Source: Lingula anatina (taxonomy: Eukaryota > Animalia > Brachiopoda). From it: 64,000 nucleotides of DNA. The notes beneath the pieces are model-generated. The model was given only the letters and a program-made list of their open reading frames with translations. It had not been told where the DNA came from and searched no databases. The DNA lies in the NCBI GenBank assembly GCA_051362555.1, contig CM120642.1:20460001-20524000 (forward strand). Direction: 5' to 3'. A program made the position numbers and the translations under genes. Position 1 is the stretch's first letter; the number at the start of each line of letters is the position of its first letter. Positions 19,715 through 32,800 of this stretch are shown piece by piece.

Positions 19715-19948
19715 GCTTAGATTACATTTACACGGGTGCCGTGCGATGAAATTGTGAGTACGATTTTTTTAATCGTAAGGAGCTACGGGCTACGCCGAGT
19801 ATGTCTACTTTACATGGCCTTAAATCCGCACGATTCTGTGCGATTTCGTACGGCTACCGTCTACCTCCGCTCAGACGCTGTACGAAAAGGGTATTACGGG
19901 CAGTATGCGTGCACCGTACGGGCATCGCATTTCATATGTAATCTAGGC
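19715..19948. mobile_element. CpG-rich MITE with 13-bp TIRs (Harbinger-like termini)
   Basis: GCTTAGATTACAT ... ATGTAATCTAGGC; interior rich in CGTACG/TACGG motifs, unlike the AT-rich flanks. Confidence 0.6.
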
Positions 19949-21985
19949 TTTATCTCTAATAACGTCCTTCCTCTTATACAAAAAACACGTTATTCTATAC
20001 TTACTATGGCGTTGGAAGCTTATGTAACTTCATCTCTGGTTTGTTGTTAAAACAAAATTTATATGCACCACAACATATATTAAAGAAAACGTTTTGAATG
20101 GATTTTAATAAAAAAAAAAAAAACTGCAGTGCTTCTTAGAGGGATGGGTGGTATTGATTTAGTTGCCGAAGTAAAACAATATAATTTTTGTGAGGGAGAT
20201 ACGTTCCGATAATACCTGAATATTTTTATCAATATTCCCAGCATCCCGGGAATTCAGTTGAAATGTATTTTCAAGGAGTAAGCTTTCCATGAATCAACTA
20301 CATTTATTTTTAATCCATCTGGAAAATTCAGCGAACGGGTCAGACGTGTATAGCATAGGTATGTTTGCGATTGTCACAGGAGTTCTGTTTAGTTTGTTGT
20401 CGGTTGTCGCAGACCAAACAAGGAAATATTCGAGTAGTTGTCAGGAAGGCCCGTGTTGCCGTCTGGCGCCCCGTGCCCTCTCATACATCTCTGTCAGTCA
20501 TAGATGGACAGATTTTCAGTCGACTGATCTAAAGTCTTGTTCCTCTGTGTAAACTTTTGTAGTCGTTATAAATAAATAATCCCCCTTCTGATGTGATGGT
20601 TGTGTTGAGGCAGCCATTTGGAACATTTTGCTTCATTTCATTCTGTGCTTCTTCATTAATGCGATCATCAAACACCTGGATCTTTCGAACGCCATCCGGG
20701 GGGCTGGGCTGGGGTGCGGGTAGAGACTATTTTAGGGCGTCTATCCACTGAAAAAAACTGCGCAAAAAAACATTTCAATATCACACCATAAACAGTGATC
20801 GCAGCTAAATTAAAGCACAATAAATAATCCAGGGTTATATATATATATATATATATTAAATGTATAGTGTAGTTGGAGCCGGGACTTGGGTTTCTCTAGA
20901 ACTTTCTAGAGGCCTATTTGTCCCATTGTCTGCCATACACTGAATACACAGTGTATGAATAATAGGCTCGAGAACTCAACAACCGAACTCCTTTCCTAAA
21001 TGACTGTCATCTGTCATCGATGCCATCTAATTAAGGGACAAATAGTGCTATGAAAAGATTAATAAACAATCTCATATAGTTTCGAGGAGGATGCCTAAAT
21101 GTATTATCTGAGTTGCAAACGGCTTCATTAGAATATTAGTTTATTCCAACAACGGAGAACGAATGCACAATTGAAAGCTCACAGTCAATAGCACATTGTA
21201 CTTGATATTAAACGCATGGCCATTGTTCGTTGTCGAGTGTTTTATTTTCTGGGGGAACAAATATATATCAAAGGAAGGCTCCAAACTGAATAATCTTTAT
21301 CGTAATATCGACAATGAACGGATGGGGCGTGTAAAATTACTTGATCTTGATTGTGCTGTTCACGCTTTTAATGACATCGGCAACTCAATGCACGCAATAG
21401 GTGCATCCTTTGCCCATTGTTTTTAACAAGGCACCTGAGACTTTGCACTCTCTCGTTTAGTGTAACAGGTGCAGTGTTCAATTTCCCGTTTTTTAATCTT
21501 ACCATATGATCTAAATGCAACTACACAATTGAAGTAAAGTGGGCGAGGAGGGGGGGGGGCAGGGACGATGAGTTTGTAATTAGACAAAGCGAGTCTTGAA
21601 AATATCTCAATTTTCCATTTAAAAAACTCATCTTAAATAAACGTGTACTATGGTCAGCGTTGGGTTATTTGTAATACAGACAGGAACTATAGAAGTGAAG
21701 ATAGGCCAGGGGTAAACAATATTTACAATGATATTTTTTTCTTTTACAAATGGTACATTTTTTAAGATATGCTAGTGCCCATTGTCTATAGCCTATCTAA
21801 TTGATGGGTCCTGAGGTCAGTGCTACATGAATTACAGCATGGAGTAAAGAGACACTAAAACTTTATAAAAGTAACAGGTTTTGCCGATCAAATAAGCTTT
21901 ATGTACTAGCGCACTGTGTTGCGAAAAGTGCGAAAATAGGGTTTTGTGACGTACGTGTATACACGAATCAGTAATGTATGTGTGT

Positions 21986-22019
21986 GTTGAAGCAAGGAGT
22001 TATAACTCCTTGGTTGAAG
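21986..22019. mobile_element. 20-bp perfect palindrome flanked by 7-bp direct repeats (minimal transposon or footprint)
   Basis: GTTGAAG-CAAGGAGTTATAACTCCTTG-GTTGAAG. Confidence 0.6.
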
Positions 22020-23128
22020 TATGTTAATGTCAAACCTTGAGCAGATACGCCTCCGTATAAGGGGTCACCAGTTCTAGATGAGAAACAAATCAGTAATTTG
22101 GTTAATGGACTGGGTCGTACATGGATTGTTAGCATCCGTTATGCACAGTATGTAATTTACACATCATGCCAGGACGCGGAAGCGCGACGCGTGTCAGTGT
22201 TGAGTGACCCACCAATTACTCAAACCTGCCTTGGACGCGAGACGGACAAATGCGATCTTGAGAAATGATCGTTTTCATGTTTGTAGACGCAATAGAATTA
22301 CTTGAGTTACGAGCTTGCCCGAACAGCTTGGCACACGGCCTGGACAGGGTCATAAATTGGTCGATGTCGATTGCATTTGGAGGGCGTGGATGAACTCGGA
22401 AAGCTCCATGGCATTTAATATGTCAACATCCTCGCGTGCACAAGCCCACACGCGCAAACGCTTTCCATTTCTTTTGAGATAGAAATGCTTGCAAAAGCAA
22501 ATTATATTAAGCCGTACTGAAATGGGTTTACGAACTCTTACCAATGGGCACAGTTATAAACATTTTACAGCCTATCACGACGCTTTTATACCATGACCTC
22601 TATGCACTTGTTTTTTACCTTGTAATTACAATACAGCTGGCATATAACATGGACGAGCGATGAATATTCTAAAAAAAAAAGAAATTTGAAAAAATGTAAA
22701 AGTCCACAGTAAATAAAACTTGAAAAGAAAGTTGATAGAAAAATTAATCAATTTACCTTTTTATTAAGACAAAAGTCTGGAAATACAGTCATTCTATTTT
22801 TATCAAAATAATTAGAATGAAAACTTAACTAATCATTACATAATATCATATCGAAGACAGTAGATGAAGCCAAACCCATATAAATGAATGGACAAAATCC
22901 TGCAAATCCTGATCTAGAGTAAAATATATTTTCTTCAAGGAAACTGCATAAGCATGTGCGTCCTGGGTTTTCCTAATCCACAATAAGCCCTAACACGACC
23001 TAATATGTAAAATTAGAAAATGTCAGTTTTAAATCACATTTCTACCGGATACTTGGGAAGAAAACCAATAAGAACACCGAAAAGTAAAACCCTTTTTTTT
23101 TTCCTGAGACCCATTAGAACCTCAAATT

Positions 23129-23300
23129 CCCCATTCAGAATAGGGGACCAACTAGTCCATGGGTCAAATATGGCGACCCACTACAAAGTTCGCCGTCTAA
23201 TCCCGCTGATAGACACTGAATAGATATCCCGTGGGGAAGTATTCAAGTGGGACAGCCATATTTGACCCTCAGGCTAGTGAGTCCCCTATTCTGAATGGGG
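23129..23300. mobile_element. Foldback/MITE with ~55-bp imperfect inverted repeats
   Basis: CCCCATTCAGAATAGGGGAC..ACTAG....GGGTCAAATATGGC matches the reverse complement of the right end; the outer 20 bp are perfect. Confidence 0.8.
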
Positions 23301-24053
23301 CTATATTGGCACGTTGCAGGGGGGGGGGGTGTTCTCTGGCTTCTCCGTGTATTTCCTTGGACTCTAGGCGAAATGTAGCAATTATGATCATTATTACTTA
23401 AAAATTAATACAATGTCACATTTGGTATTGGTTTGAAACACGGGGCTTCTTTCTTGTCTTTAAAACGACATGAAGGTCTGTCATGACAAAAGCGAATGGA
23501 AATTTAAAACTATTAGTAAATATTAACTGATTACAGTTATTTATTGGAAAATGTCGCTATGGGCTTCTGTTTAAAAAATCATGATGATCGTTATTTATGC
23601 TAATGTTAATTTTTAATTTATATGAAATTATATGATATTAATGTATATATCTCCAGTAGCTAAATAGATATTCGTGACAATGTTTTATCAGATTGACGAA
23701 CTTATGATTGGAGCACCCAAGGTATTTGTAAATTTGTTTTATTTTGATTCATTGCATCACGTTTTAATAGTTACTCAAAAAACCACTATGATTTCCTAGA
23801 GTTATCTACAACAGGAAGTTGATACAGGAAGTTGATACAAGCCACGATTGTTTCCATGAAGTTTTCAGTTGTTTACATATAATTTTCAAATGTATTAAAT
23901 AAATAAATACAATATACTTAATTTGTACAAAGTTAAAGATATATCATAGTGCTACAAAATGCCATTTAACTATAAAAATGGCTCTGTCTGTTTACCTTTT
24001 AAGAACCATTTCTTCGATAGCCTTGAATTTACTGTTTTATTTATCCATCAGTC

Positions 24054-24092
<39 letters not shown>

Positions 24093-24102
24093 TTCATTTA
24101 TT
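24054..24102. repeat. (TATT)n microsatellite
   Basis: Direct observation. Confidence 0.9.
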
Positions 24103-27100
24103 GTGTTCACCCCCACAGACCTGAGATTACGCCGTCTTTTTACTCAACGTCCAGGTCACAAAAAAAAAACGTACCTTGGTCAAACTTTTTAACCTAACGT
24201 TTCTATATAGAATACATCTGTAAAAGTCTGTACAGGCAGTCTAAAGCATCACATATTTCTTGCTTTTTTGAAACAGGACTGTAATACATATCCTGTTTTT
24301 CTTTGAATCAAAATAGAAAAGCAAAAATGTAAAGCATTATAAGCCATTTTAAACGCATACTCTACGGCCAACTTGCATCTTTTATGACAGCGCACAAGGC
24401 TGGGGCTTTTGGTTTCACTCAAATAACAATAGCAATTGTACTGCTTTCAACGGGGACTACAAAAGAGTAAAATATATTTTGTTCGAGGAAATTGCACAGC
24501 CCTGTGCGTTTTGGCTTTCCTAGACCCTGGGGCTGTTTACCTGAACAATAAACTGACGGGAGAGACGGTATTTTAAGTTATTATTCGCAAACCCTTTCAA
24601 AGTTTGGACTCGAATTTTATGAAACGGAAGTGCAAAAACTGATCAGATCTCACACCCCCACCACAAATTCATGAATTCGAAAACAATTTTGTGTTAATAT
24701 GGCTGTTCTCTGGTTGGTAAAATGTGTTGTCTTGATTGCCAAAAGAGGATGCCATCGTGTCGATCTTGGAAAACGCCGCACCTTTGTGGAACAATTAATC
24801 TAATTTTCTGTTGATCTTGTGCTTCCTCGGTCCGACAAGCACGCTATTTTCCCTAATCCGTGGTTATACATCATACTCAGGGGCTCGCGACAGATATTAA
24901 TTTTGTCAATTTTCTCTCCATCTCGTGCAACAGCGGGTTGTGGCAGGTAAATTGAACGATTTCGCACATTATTTTCACACAGCATGTTCATCAATTGATT
25001 AATCAGGACGGGGTTTTCCCTCGGGTCCGGCAAGGCCGTTAACCAATCACCTCTTCTGAATTGGTTGGATAACAAAATGCAATTCAACTGATGGAGGTAT
25101 AAAGTCTTGTTTGGTTGCTTTCGGGTTTAGTAGATGACGAACATCATTTGCACATTTTACATTCTCACTTTTTACATACTCCATTAAACATTTTACCAAA
25201 CGACACTCATATAATTCGCAGACGACAGGACATTTTTCCGTCAGAATTATTTTTAGAGGTTCTTTGTCGTCAGAGGTAAAGCATTTAGGCCTCAGTCAAA
25301 GTTACCAGAAGTCGTCGTAAATAAGTGGATAAGGACAAAATCTAGACTGGTTTGCTGAAGCAGTGGTCATATGTTGCACTCTACAATGGACAGTATGGGA
25401 CGGAATGTCGGCTCGTACGGGCTTTACTCACACCCCCACCAGGTAAGGTTATTATACACAAGAATAAGGGGCAAATTCTGTATTTTGATTTTAAATTCAA
25501 ATCATATGATTCTTTAACTATGAAAGCAACACAAGAAGCATGGGGCGCTCGGTTGGATACGAAATAGCGTGACGGCTTAGACTAATTTCTAATAAATTAC
25601 CTTTCTGTTGGGGTGCTAATAGGTAAGATTTTAGATATTTCTATTCCTATTTTAAAGATATTTTTGTGTGTATATTTGCATTACATCAAATATCGGCGCT
25701 GGTGGCTTAAAAAGAAATAACATAGCAATCCCTTTTTCGAATATCAATCTGTCGCAGTGAAAAAAGTAGGTAACTTTTCGTTTTGTGTCTAAATTAATCT
25801 TTAACTCAACGAATCTGTTGCATAAATTATTCATTCAATGGTAAAATACTGCTGCGCTGGATGTCAATGAGCGCAGTTAAACTTTCTTGTTTGTGCATTA
25901 AAAGTGCTTTTACATTATTGACTAACCAGATTATATTCAAAACAAATTTTTTCACTAATGAATACCCGAAGTCAGTAGTTTGAAGAGAGATTATGCTACA
26001 TTCTCTTTCCCAAAATGCTGCTCCAATAGCTCCTACTCTGAATATTTAAGACATATAAATATTTGTTTTGCGATAATCATTAATGTGTTCATTACTTTTA
26101 TATTTTTTTCAATTGTTTTTTTTTCCTGTATATTTCTGTTATCGTCCTTACCATTTTGATGGCAAGGAATCATGCCTGTTAATAAGTCAATCAATTAGCA
26201 GTATTTTCACTTTCTTGTTATTCATTTATTAACTTTTCTAATTAATTCATTCTTCTAAATATGTTTAATGTGTAAATTTTAAGCAGTGCTACATGGCACA
26301 TTCGCAGTAAAGCAGCTCTCGGAAGTTGTTTATTTCCAATGGTTCTTGCACTAGTTTGGCGCTCAGCGGCCACTGAGTAGACACGCTTATGTCACCGATT
26401 GTCGCGACAACATATGTTCTTGATGAAATAAGCTCGCAGTAGGTATAAATAATTATGCCCAAAATCCAACCAATTAAGGGAGTTATCCACTGTACTCAGT
26501 AGCTCTCCGACCTCTTTATAGGCGATTTAAGGCCTATTTTGTTTAATGGCGAAAACAGAAGCTTTATTGTATGCGGTCACTTGTGGGCAAAGATACAGCA
26601 ATCCACTTAATTAATGTTCTTAATACCTGTATTTCGTTGTGTGGACGAACGGGCAGGAGGCACCAGTATGTTGCAGTAATATTCCTCGAGTCCTCAAGTT
26701 GTTGGTAGGTCAGCACGGTACTGGACTAATACTCTAAACTTTACTTTTGATAGGAAGAATGGTACTCATGCTGTACACTAAGTCTGGTGTCTAAAAAAAG
26801 CCATGCACCATGAAAGCTACATGTATATTCATATAAACCTGTTTGCATATTTGATAATGTCGCAATTAAGTTATTGTATTAATTAAGCAAATATTTATTA
26901 GACAAACCGTTTACCCATGCCTTCTTTCTATGAACAAATGTAATTATCAAATGGAAAAATGGCGTACACAATGTATACGGACTACATGTCTAGCATTAAA
27001 TGGCGGGACTCGGCAATTATATTAGGTTGCATATGTCGCTTGTACATATTCCAGTATTCAACAATTTTTATCACAAACTTTTTAAGTTCAAAAGAATATT

Positions 27101-27472
27101 ACTTCCTTGTTCCATACCCCCCTCCCCCTCCCCAGTGCCGGTATGTGTTATGAGAGGATTTTTGCTGCTGTTTGCTCTGTCAAATTAATATAAGTTGATG
27201 CGTCTATAAACTGACATAAATGTAGCTAGTTTAGGATGTATATGTTACAGTGTAGTTTATGAATGAGCGAGGGTCATCAAGAATTAGTCGAAACTTCGAA
27301 CAAGCAGTCCAGATACTGTGATGCTGTCTAGAGTATTGTACAGCGTGTATCTCCTCCTATCTACAATAAACATGTAAAAGTTAGTTTTGTTTAATATTCT
27401 AGGGCTGTATATGCTGCTTGTCGATATCTGCCTTATTTTTCTGTCCTCCGAAAGAGGTCGCTTCACTCAGCA

Positions 27473-27481
27473 TCTCTCTCT

Positions 27482-27526
<45 letters not shown>
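27473..27526. repeat. (CT)n microsatellite
   Basis: Direct observation. Confidence 0.95.
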
Positions 27527-27529
<3 letters not shown>

Positions 27530-28206
27530 TATAATATGATAATATGTATAATTTTTGGGACTCGAGTTCAATGCTTTGGAAAGGCCGAGGCAAATATGAT
27601 AAATGCTCATAGTTGTGAAAGCGAATGTTTGACTGGAAACAAGCAAGAACGTCCTATGGGAACGGTAATGGATTGTCAATGCTAGATATTAAGGGGCTGA
27701 AGTTTAATCGCAGAAGAGTACAGAATATTGCAATAATAAATAAATTGTTGGGAAGTAAACTACAGGGAGGTATGGGAAATTATATCAATTTCTCAAATCG
27801 GTTTGAAAGTAAACGCGTACTACTCATAGGCCCGCACTCCCTGATTTGAAGAAATTAAAAGAAATAAACTGTGGTACTTCAAGATTAAATATGATTTTTC
27901 TTTATTTACCTTTTGAAGTGATAACAGCTACAAAGACAGACAGTTAACACAGTGAACATTGACGACACTTGGTCTTAATGACGGACATTTTAACGGCAAG
28001 TTGACATCGTTCACCATACACTTTAGGATGTAGAAGCACATGTATATATGGATCATTTGATCAGAAACACTGTATTCTATTCAGATAACGTCTGCAGATC
28101 CGCGGCTCAGTTCCTCTTACTGGCCGCTATACTACTGACAACTAGCGATACTGTATTACCTCTGTGCATCACGACGTTAATTACTGTGCGTATTCCTTAA
28201 TAATTC

Positions 28207-28217
28207 GTGTGTGCGTG

Positions 28218-28253
<36 letters not shown>

Positions 28254-28263
28254 TGTGTGTTTG
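28207..28263. repeat. (GT)n microsatellite, interrupted
   Basis: Direct observation. Confidence 0.9.
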
Positions 28264-28688
28264 CAAGAAAACAAACAAATAAACACGCTTGTGAAGACAT
28301 TACTTTTTCATTAAACACTTACACAGACAGTACTACAAAGTGAAAACGAAAGGGAAGAAGTTGGGAAAATAACAGATCACCAAGTTGATAATGTTGATGA
28401 AATCTGCCTGATAAAGGACAGCCTTAATCGAGGCACGTACAGAAGATCTGTCGTCTTGTGTCCCCGTTTCATACGCGCAATGTATGGCACCATATGTACA
28501 GATTATCATTTATTCATTTACCAACATCCAGAATCTGGATTTAGTGAACAGGCGATATTGCAGGTTAGAAATAAACCCTTAAAATATACGGGAAAAGGTC
28601 GAGAGATTTTGCAATTTAACAATCCTTGCAGTGTTGTAGACTATTCTGAACTTATTCACAGCTTTTCTGAAATATTTGCTAATAACAT

Positions 28689-28767
28689 ATACTGGTAGAT
28701 TTAAATGTGTGGATTTTCCTTTCCCTTAATACTAGTAGCTCTAAATGTGTGAATTTCCTTTTCCTTT
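28689..28767. repeat. Diverged 40-bp tandem duplication
   Basis: ATACTGGTAGATTTAAATGTGTGGATTTTCCTTTCCCTT versus ATACTAGTAGCTCTAAATGTGTGAATTTCCTTTTCCTTT. Confidence 0.7.
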
Positions 28768-29786
28768 CAAAAGATTCATGGCAAGTAATTAAACGGAATT
28801 TAAAAGGTGTAGCCAGTTCATGATAAAAGTGATTTTTAAGACACAACAAATGACATCTTTTTCAATCTTATTCAAGACAACAGCATTAGTATAGCATATC
28901 GAACCAACAAGTATTTAAAATAATCTGTATCAATATGCGGGTAGATTTACGACACTGGAAAAAAAGGCAAATCTCTTTCATAAGTTCGACCAAGTTATAT
29001 CGTCCTTGGGAAATACCTAAAATAATTCTAGTAACAACAAAATTTTGAAAATAACAAGCCATAGTATCTCGAGGTGTACGAGACGTTCGCAAGTTCCTGT
29101 ACCTAGTTTAAATTTAATCATAGTGTTAATATTCACACATGTTCGTGCTGTACATTAGAATGCAGTCATTCGCCGTGATTGTACTCAAACGTAAGTTCAT
29201 GAGTAATTATTACACATCTGCTTATTATGTAGTCTTGAGAGTCACATTATCATGCTGTTTTACAGTTCATAGTATACAAGGTCAGCATCAGTGGCAGAAT
29301 AATATGTAATGTGAGAAAACTCCCCCCCCCCCCAACCCCCGCCGTAGCCTATCCTCGAGCGTTCCTTAAAGAAAAGAAAATACCACAGATGAGCTTTTTT
29401 GGAGTTTCTTCGACTTATTTTTGTTAAAGGCTGGGTTAGTGCGGGAGGGTCAACCCCTCAATCCAGCCATGTGCCTTAATATTTCATTTCTGTACCATGA
29501 ATATCGTATAACTTTTGGTTAATTGTTTTTAAACTTTGATGCTACTTAAACGTAACATCTAGGCAAATCTTGTTTCAAAACATAATTGCTGAATTATATA
29601 TATTTACATCATCGAATTAGACAGGTATATTTTTTCCATTTCTTAAATAATCACAACTGAGTATTTTTACATCAATTTTTGATTCCCTTATACAGATGAT
29701 CAAGTGTATCAGCATAAATAAGCAATTACACTAGCACTGGTTTGCCTATTTTGAAAATGGAAATCTTACGCAAATGGTAGGCCTAC

Positions 29787-29817
<31 letters not shown>

Positions 29818-32800
29818 GAATAAACAGCTATTGTGAAAACAAATCATTTATAAACACAACATGTAATTTATCATAACGCTTTAATGTTATAATTATAACA
29901 GACGATGTTAATGCAAATTAAATTAATTGTAAGCGATCTTAAACATGTTACTAAATCAGTAATAATTTTTTATCTTTATGCTCGTTCACAGAACGTGTGA
30001 AATATGATCAAGAAGTGCTGGATTCATCAAGAATTGCACTGACTACTACAATGCAAAGTTCCATGGTGAACTTGCCATTATGGAGCTTTCATTGTAGGAA
30101 ATCAGTTTTTTAGTACGATCAAACAGTTTGCAGGAATAAACACACAATTAGAAAATATATACATCTTTTATGCCGAGAATCGAGCTCATTTTTCTCAAGC
30201 TTCTGCCTGTGAGAATATGAAATCGAGTGAAAACTGCCCCCATGTAATTAAATCCAAGACAAACTGTCAATAATGACGTTTATAAATTTTGAATAGTTCT
30301 TGGATTTGACAATCAGAGAAACTGCGCCATCAAAAATGCCGAGGCAGCTGTCACGGATGAGACTTCTACTTTCCATGGTGGTTGGTAAATAAATTATCAA
30401 TTTTCTTCCACGTTGAGGTGTGTCACCAAATATTAATGCGCAAATGACAGCTAAGATAGCGGTCTGACAAATGGAAGAGAAAGGAGCGCACTTCGCCTCC
30501 GCAAAGAGCAGCAGATGTTGACAACACTCCTCACTTTCTGATTTCTGTCTTTGTTCTGCAAGTGTCCAGTACTTATTTTCTCGACACTTTCGATCAAAAT
30601 TAAATCTCTCTTGAAAGAGAAATTCTTCTTCTTGTTTTTTTTGCTTTCATATCAATATCAGTCTGGGAGTGTATATATATATTAGCAAACGCGTTGAGCG
30701 GTTTCTTCTAATACTGCCGGGTGCTATAAAATTGATGTCGTCTGCTTCGTGTTGAAACTTTGCAATTTTCATTCTTCTTCAATGATTTAAGATGTAAGCA
30801 TCTTGAAAAATGCAGGGCCACTAAATGTCTTGAGTGTCCAACCATTCAAAATGCGCGATGCCACATTTAGTATTTATCAAAGTATAGTCAAATAGACACA
30901 TAAAATTGCTCTGTTTCAATTATGCACCACTGGAATTCCATTTGAATACGGAAGCTCGGACGTTAAGAATTTATTTGTACAAATAAATGACAAGCGCATT
31001 AATATGAACTAAAATGTAATAGCAGATAATGTATGTGTTGATCTATTGTTAATTTATTAGGAATAACATCTCTCTAGAATGAAAGAACAGTATGCAAGTG
31101 AGGTCTCTGATTTAGATAGATTATTATTCCAAGTAGTGCAGCTGTTTAGTTTTGGCATTTCATTTTTACTAAACACACCAAACAGCAAATAGGATGATTG
31201 CAAATTATATGCTCATTATGTCATATTCGGTTCCTACTAAGTATTTCAACATGGTTTCAGTTGCGTTAATATTTTTTAATCATCAATTCGCGTGCAGTTT
31301 GATTAAGCGAATAAGTCCGACGATCAGGACACGATATATTTTAAGCAAAGGATCCTAGAAAATGCAACTACATATCAACTACTTTTTTAAAAACTGTTAC
31401 TTGTAATAGTAACAGTTAGTAATTGGATGATTTGTTTCTTCATTTTTAAAAATATCATTTTTTTTGGTTACAGACCGATTAGGATTTTTGATATTATTTT
31501 TAAACACTTGAAGCATGCTTCGACCACTCACATCTTAAAGCTGGTACGTTAAATACGAGTGGAACGAGTACACGTTTTCGTTTGGCACTTTTGCACTATA
31601 CGCCTTTAAAAATAAATCACAAAATGTGTTATTAATTAGTGTCTGATATCACTGCACTTTCTACACCTTATCATCGCTAAACAACATTTTACATGATTCA
31701 TTACTGAAATGAAAGAGGTAACGACAATTAGCGAATTCAATCAATGTTTAAGCGATGGTTAAAAATGAAAATATTTCCAAAAAGTCTTGTAATTATTTCA
31801 TGCACAATGAATTATTTCCAAGGCATACGCATAGAGCGAGTAAAAGTACTTGTGCTTTAGCGAGACATAAGTTTTGATCCGGTCACAGTAAGTTATCCAG
31901 GCTGTTTAGTGAAGTTCTTCTGTTGCACAAAGGAAACGATAACGGGCTCACTGAAGTGATCGCACTTGGCACGCGCCTGATGACCCGCCGTCTTTCTGTA
32001 GTGAAATACAAGGCCAGGGCGGGTCTCAAGGTCTGAAGGGGGCGTCGTTGCAAGTGAACCCTTACCTTTTCTGACAAGGAAATTACATGCTGACACGCCA
32101 AGTAAAGCGAGTTGAAAACATTATTATTTCGACACCATGCCCCCACATGTAGTTTCCATGGCACATAACTAAACCTTGTGTTCACCCTTGAGCGTGACCG
32201 TGAACGTCACATCTAACGTTTAAGAAGGAAATAGGAAAGCAGATACAGTTATCCTGGTTAAGACATCTCATATTTCGATAACAACTGGTTAACAAATACA
32301 CGATAATAGAGTTTTGAAAAAGATTAACTTCGCGTATTAGAATAAGCTTTTGACGATGCGTGATATATGAAGAGGTAACGTGTCCTTATATTTCTATTAT
32401 CTAAAAAAAATTTGAAGAAGAATTGTGAAAACAAATAAGCGAGGTGTTTCTTGGTTGTTACCTCAAAGAGGAACTCTGCCAGAAAATAAAAGAATTAAAG
32501 AGAAAAATAGAATTTGACTTCCTAATGAAAAATACAGGTGGAAGAAACTGTTTCAAGTCAAAGTATTCACGTTTGGCCAGGTAAGAATGAAACATAAACG
32601 AGAAATAAACTTATTCATAATAAAATCAGCCAGCAGCGATACTTTTATTGATGAAGATGTTAGGAGACCGATTTTTCTATAACTTGCCAAATATTAGTAT
32701 GTTTTTTTGTGAAGACGGCCTTGAAAAATGTTTTTTAGGTGATAAAAACAAGATTTGGGACCCTGACAATGCGATCAATGTTTCAGTGATTGTGTGCGCC

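Noticed and set aside
30709-30722. TAATACTGCCGGGT, identical to the 5' part of miR-200/miR-8 family sequences
   Set aside because: I found no complementary arm nearby to form a pre-miRNA hairpin, and the match stops after 14 nt
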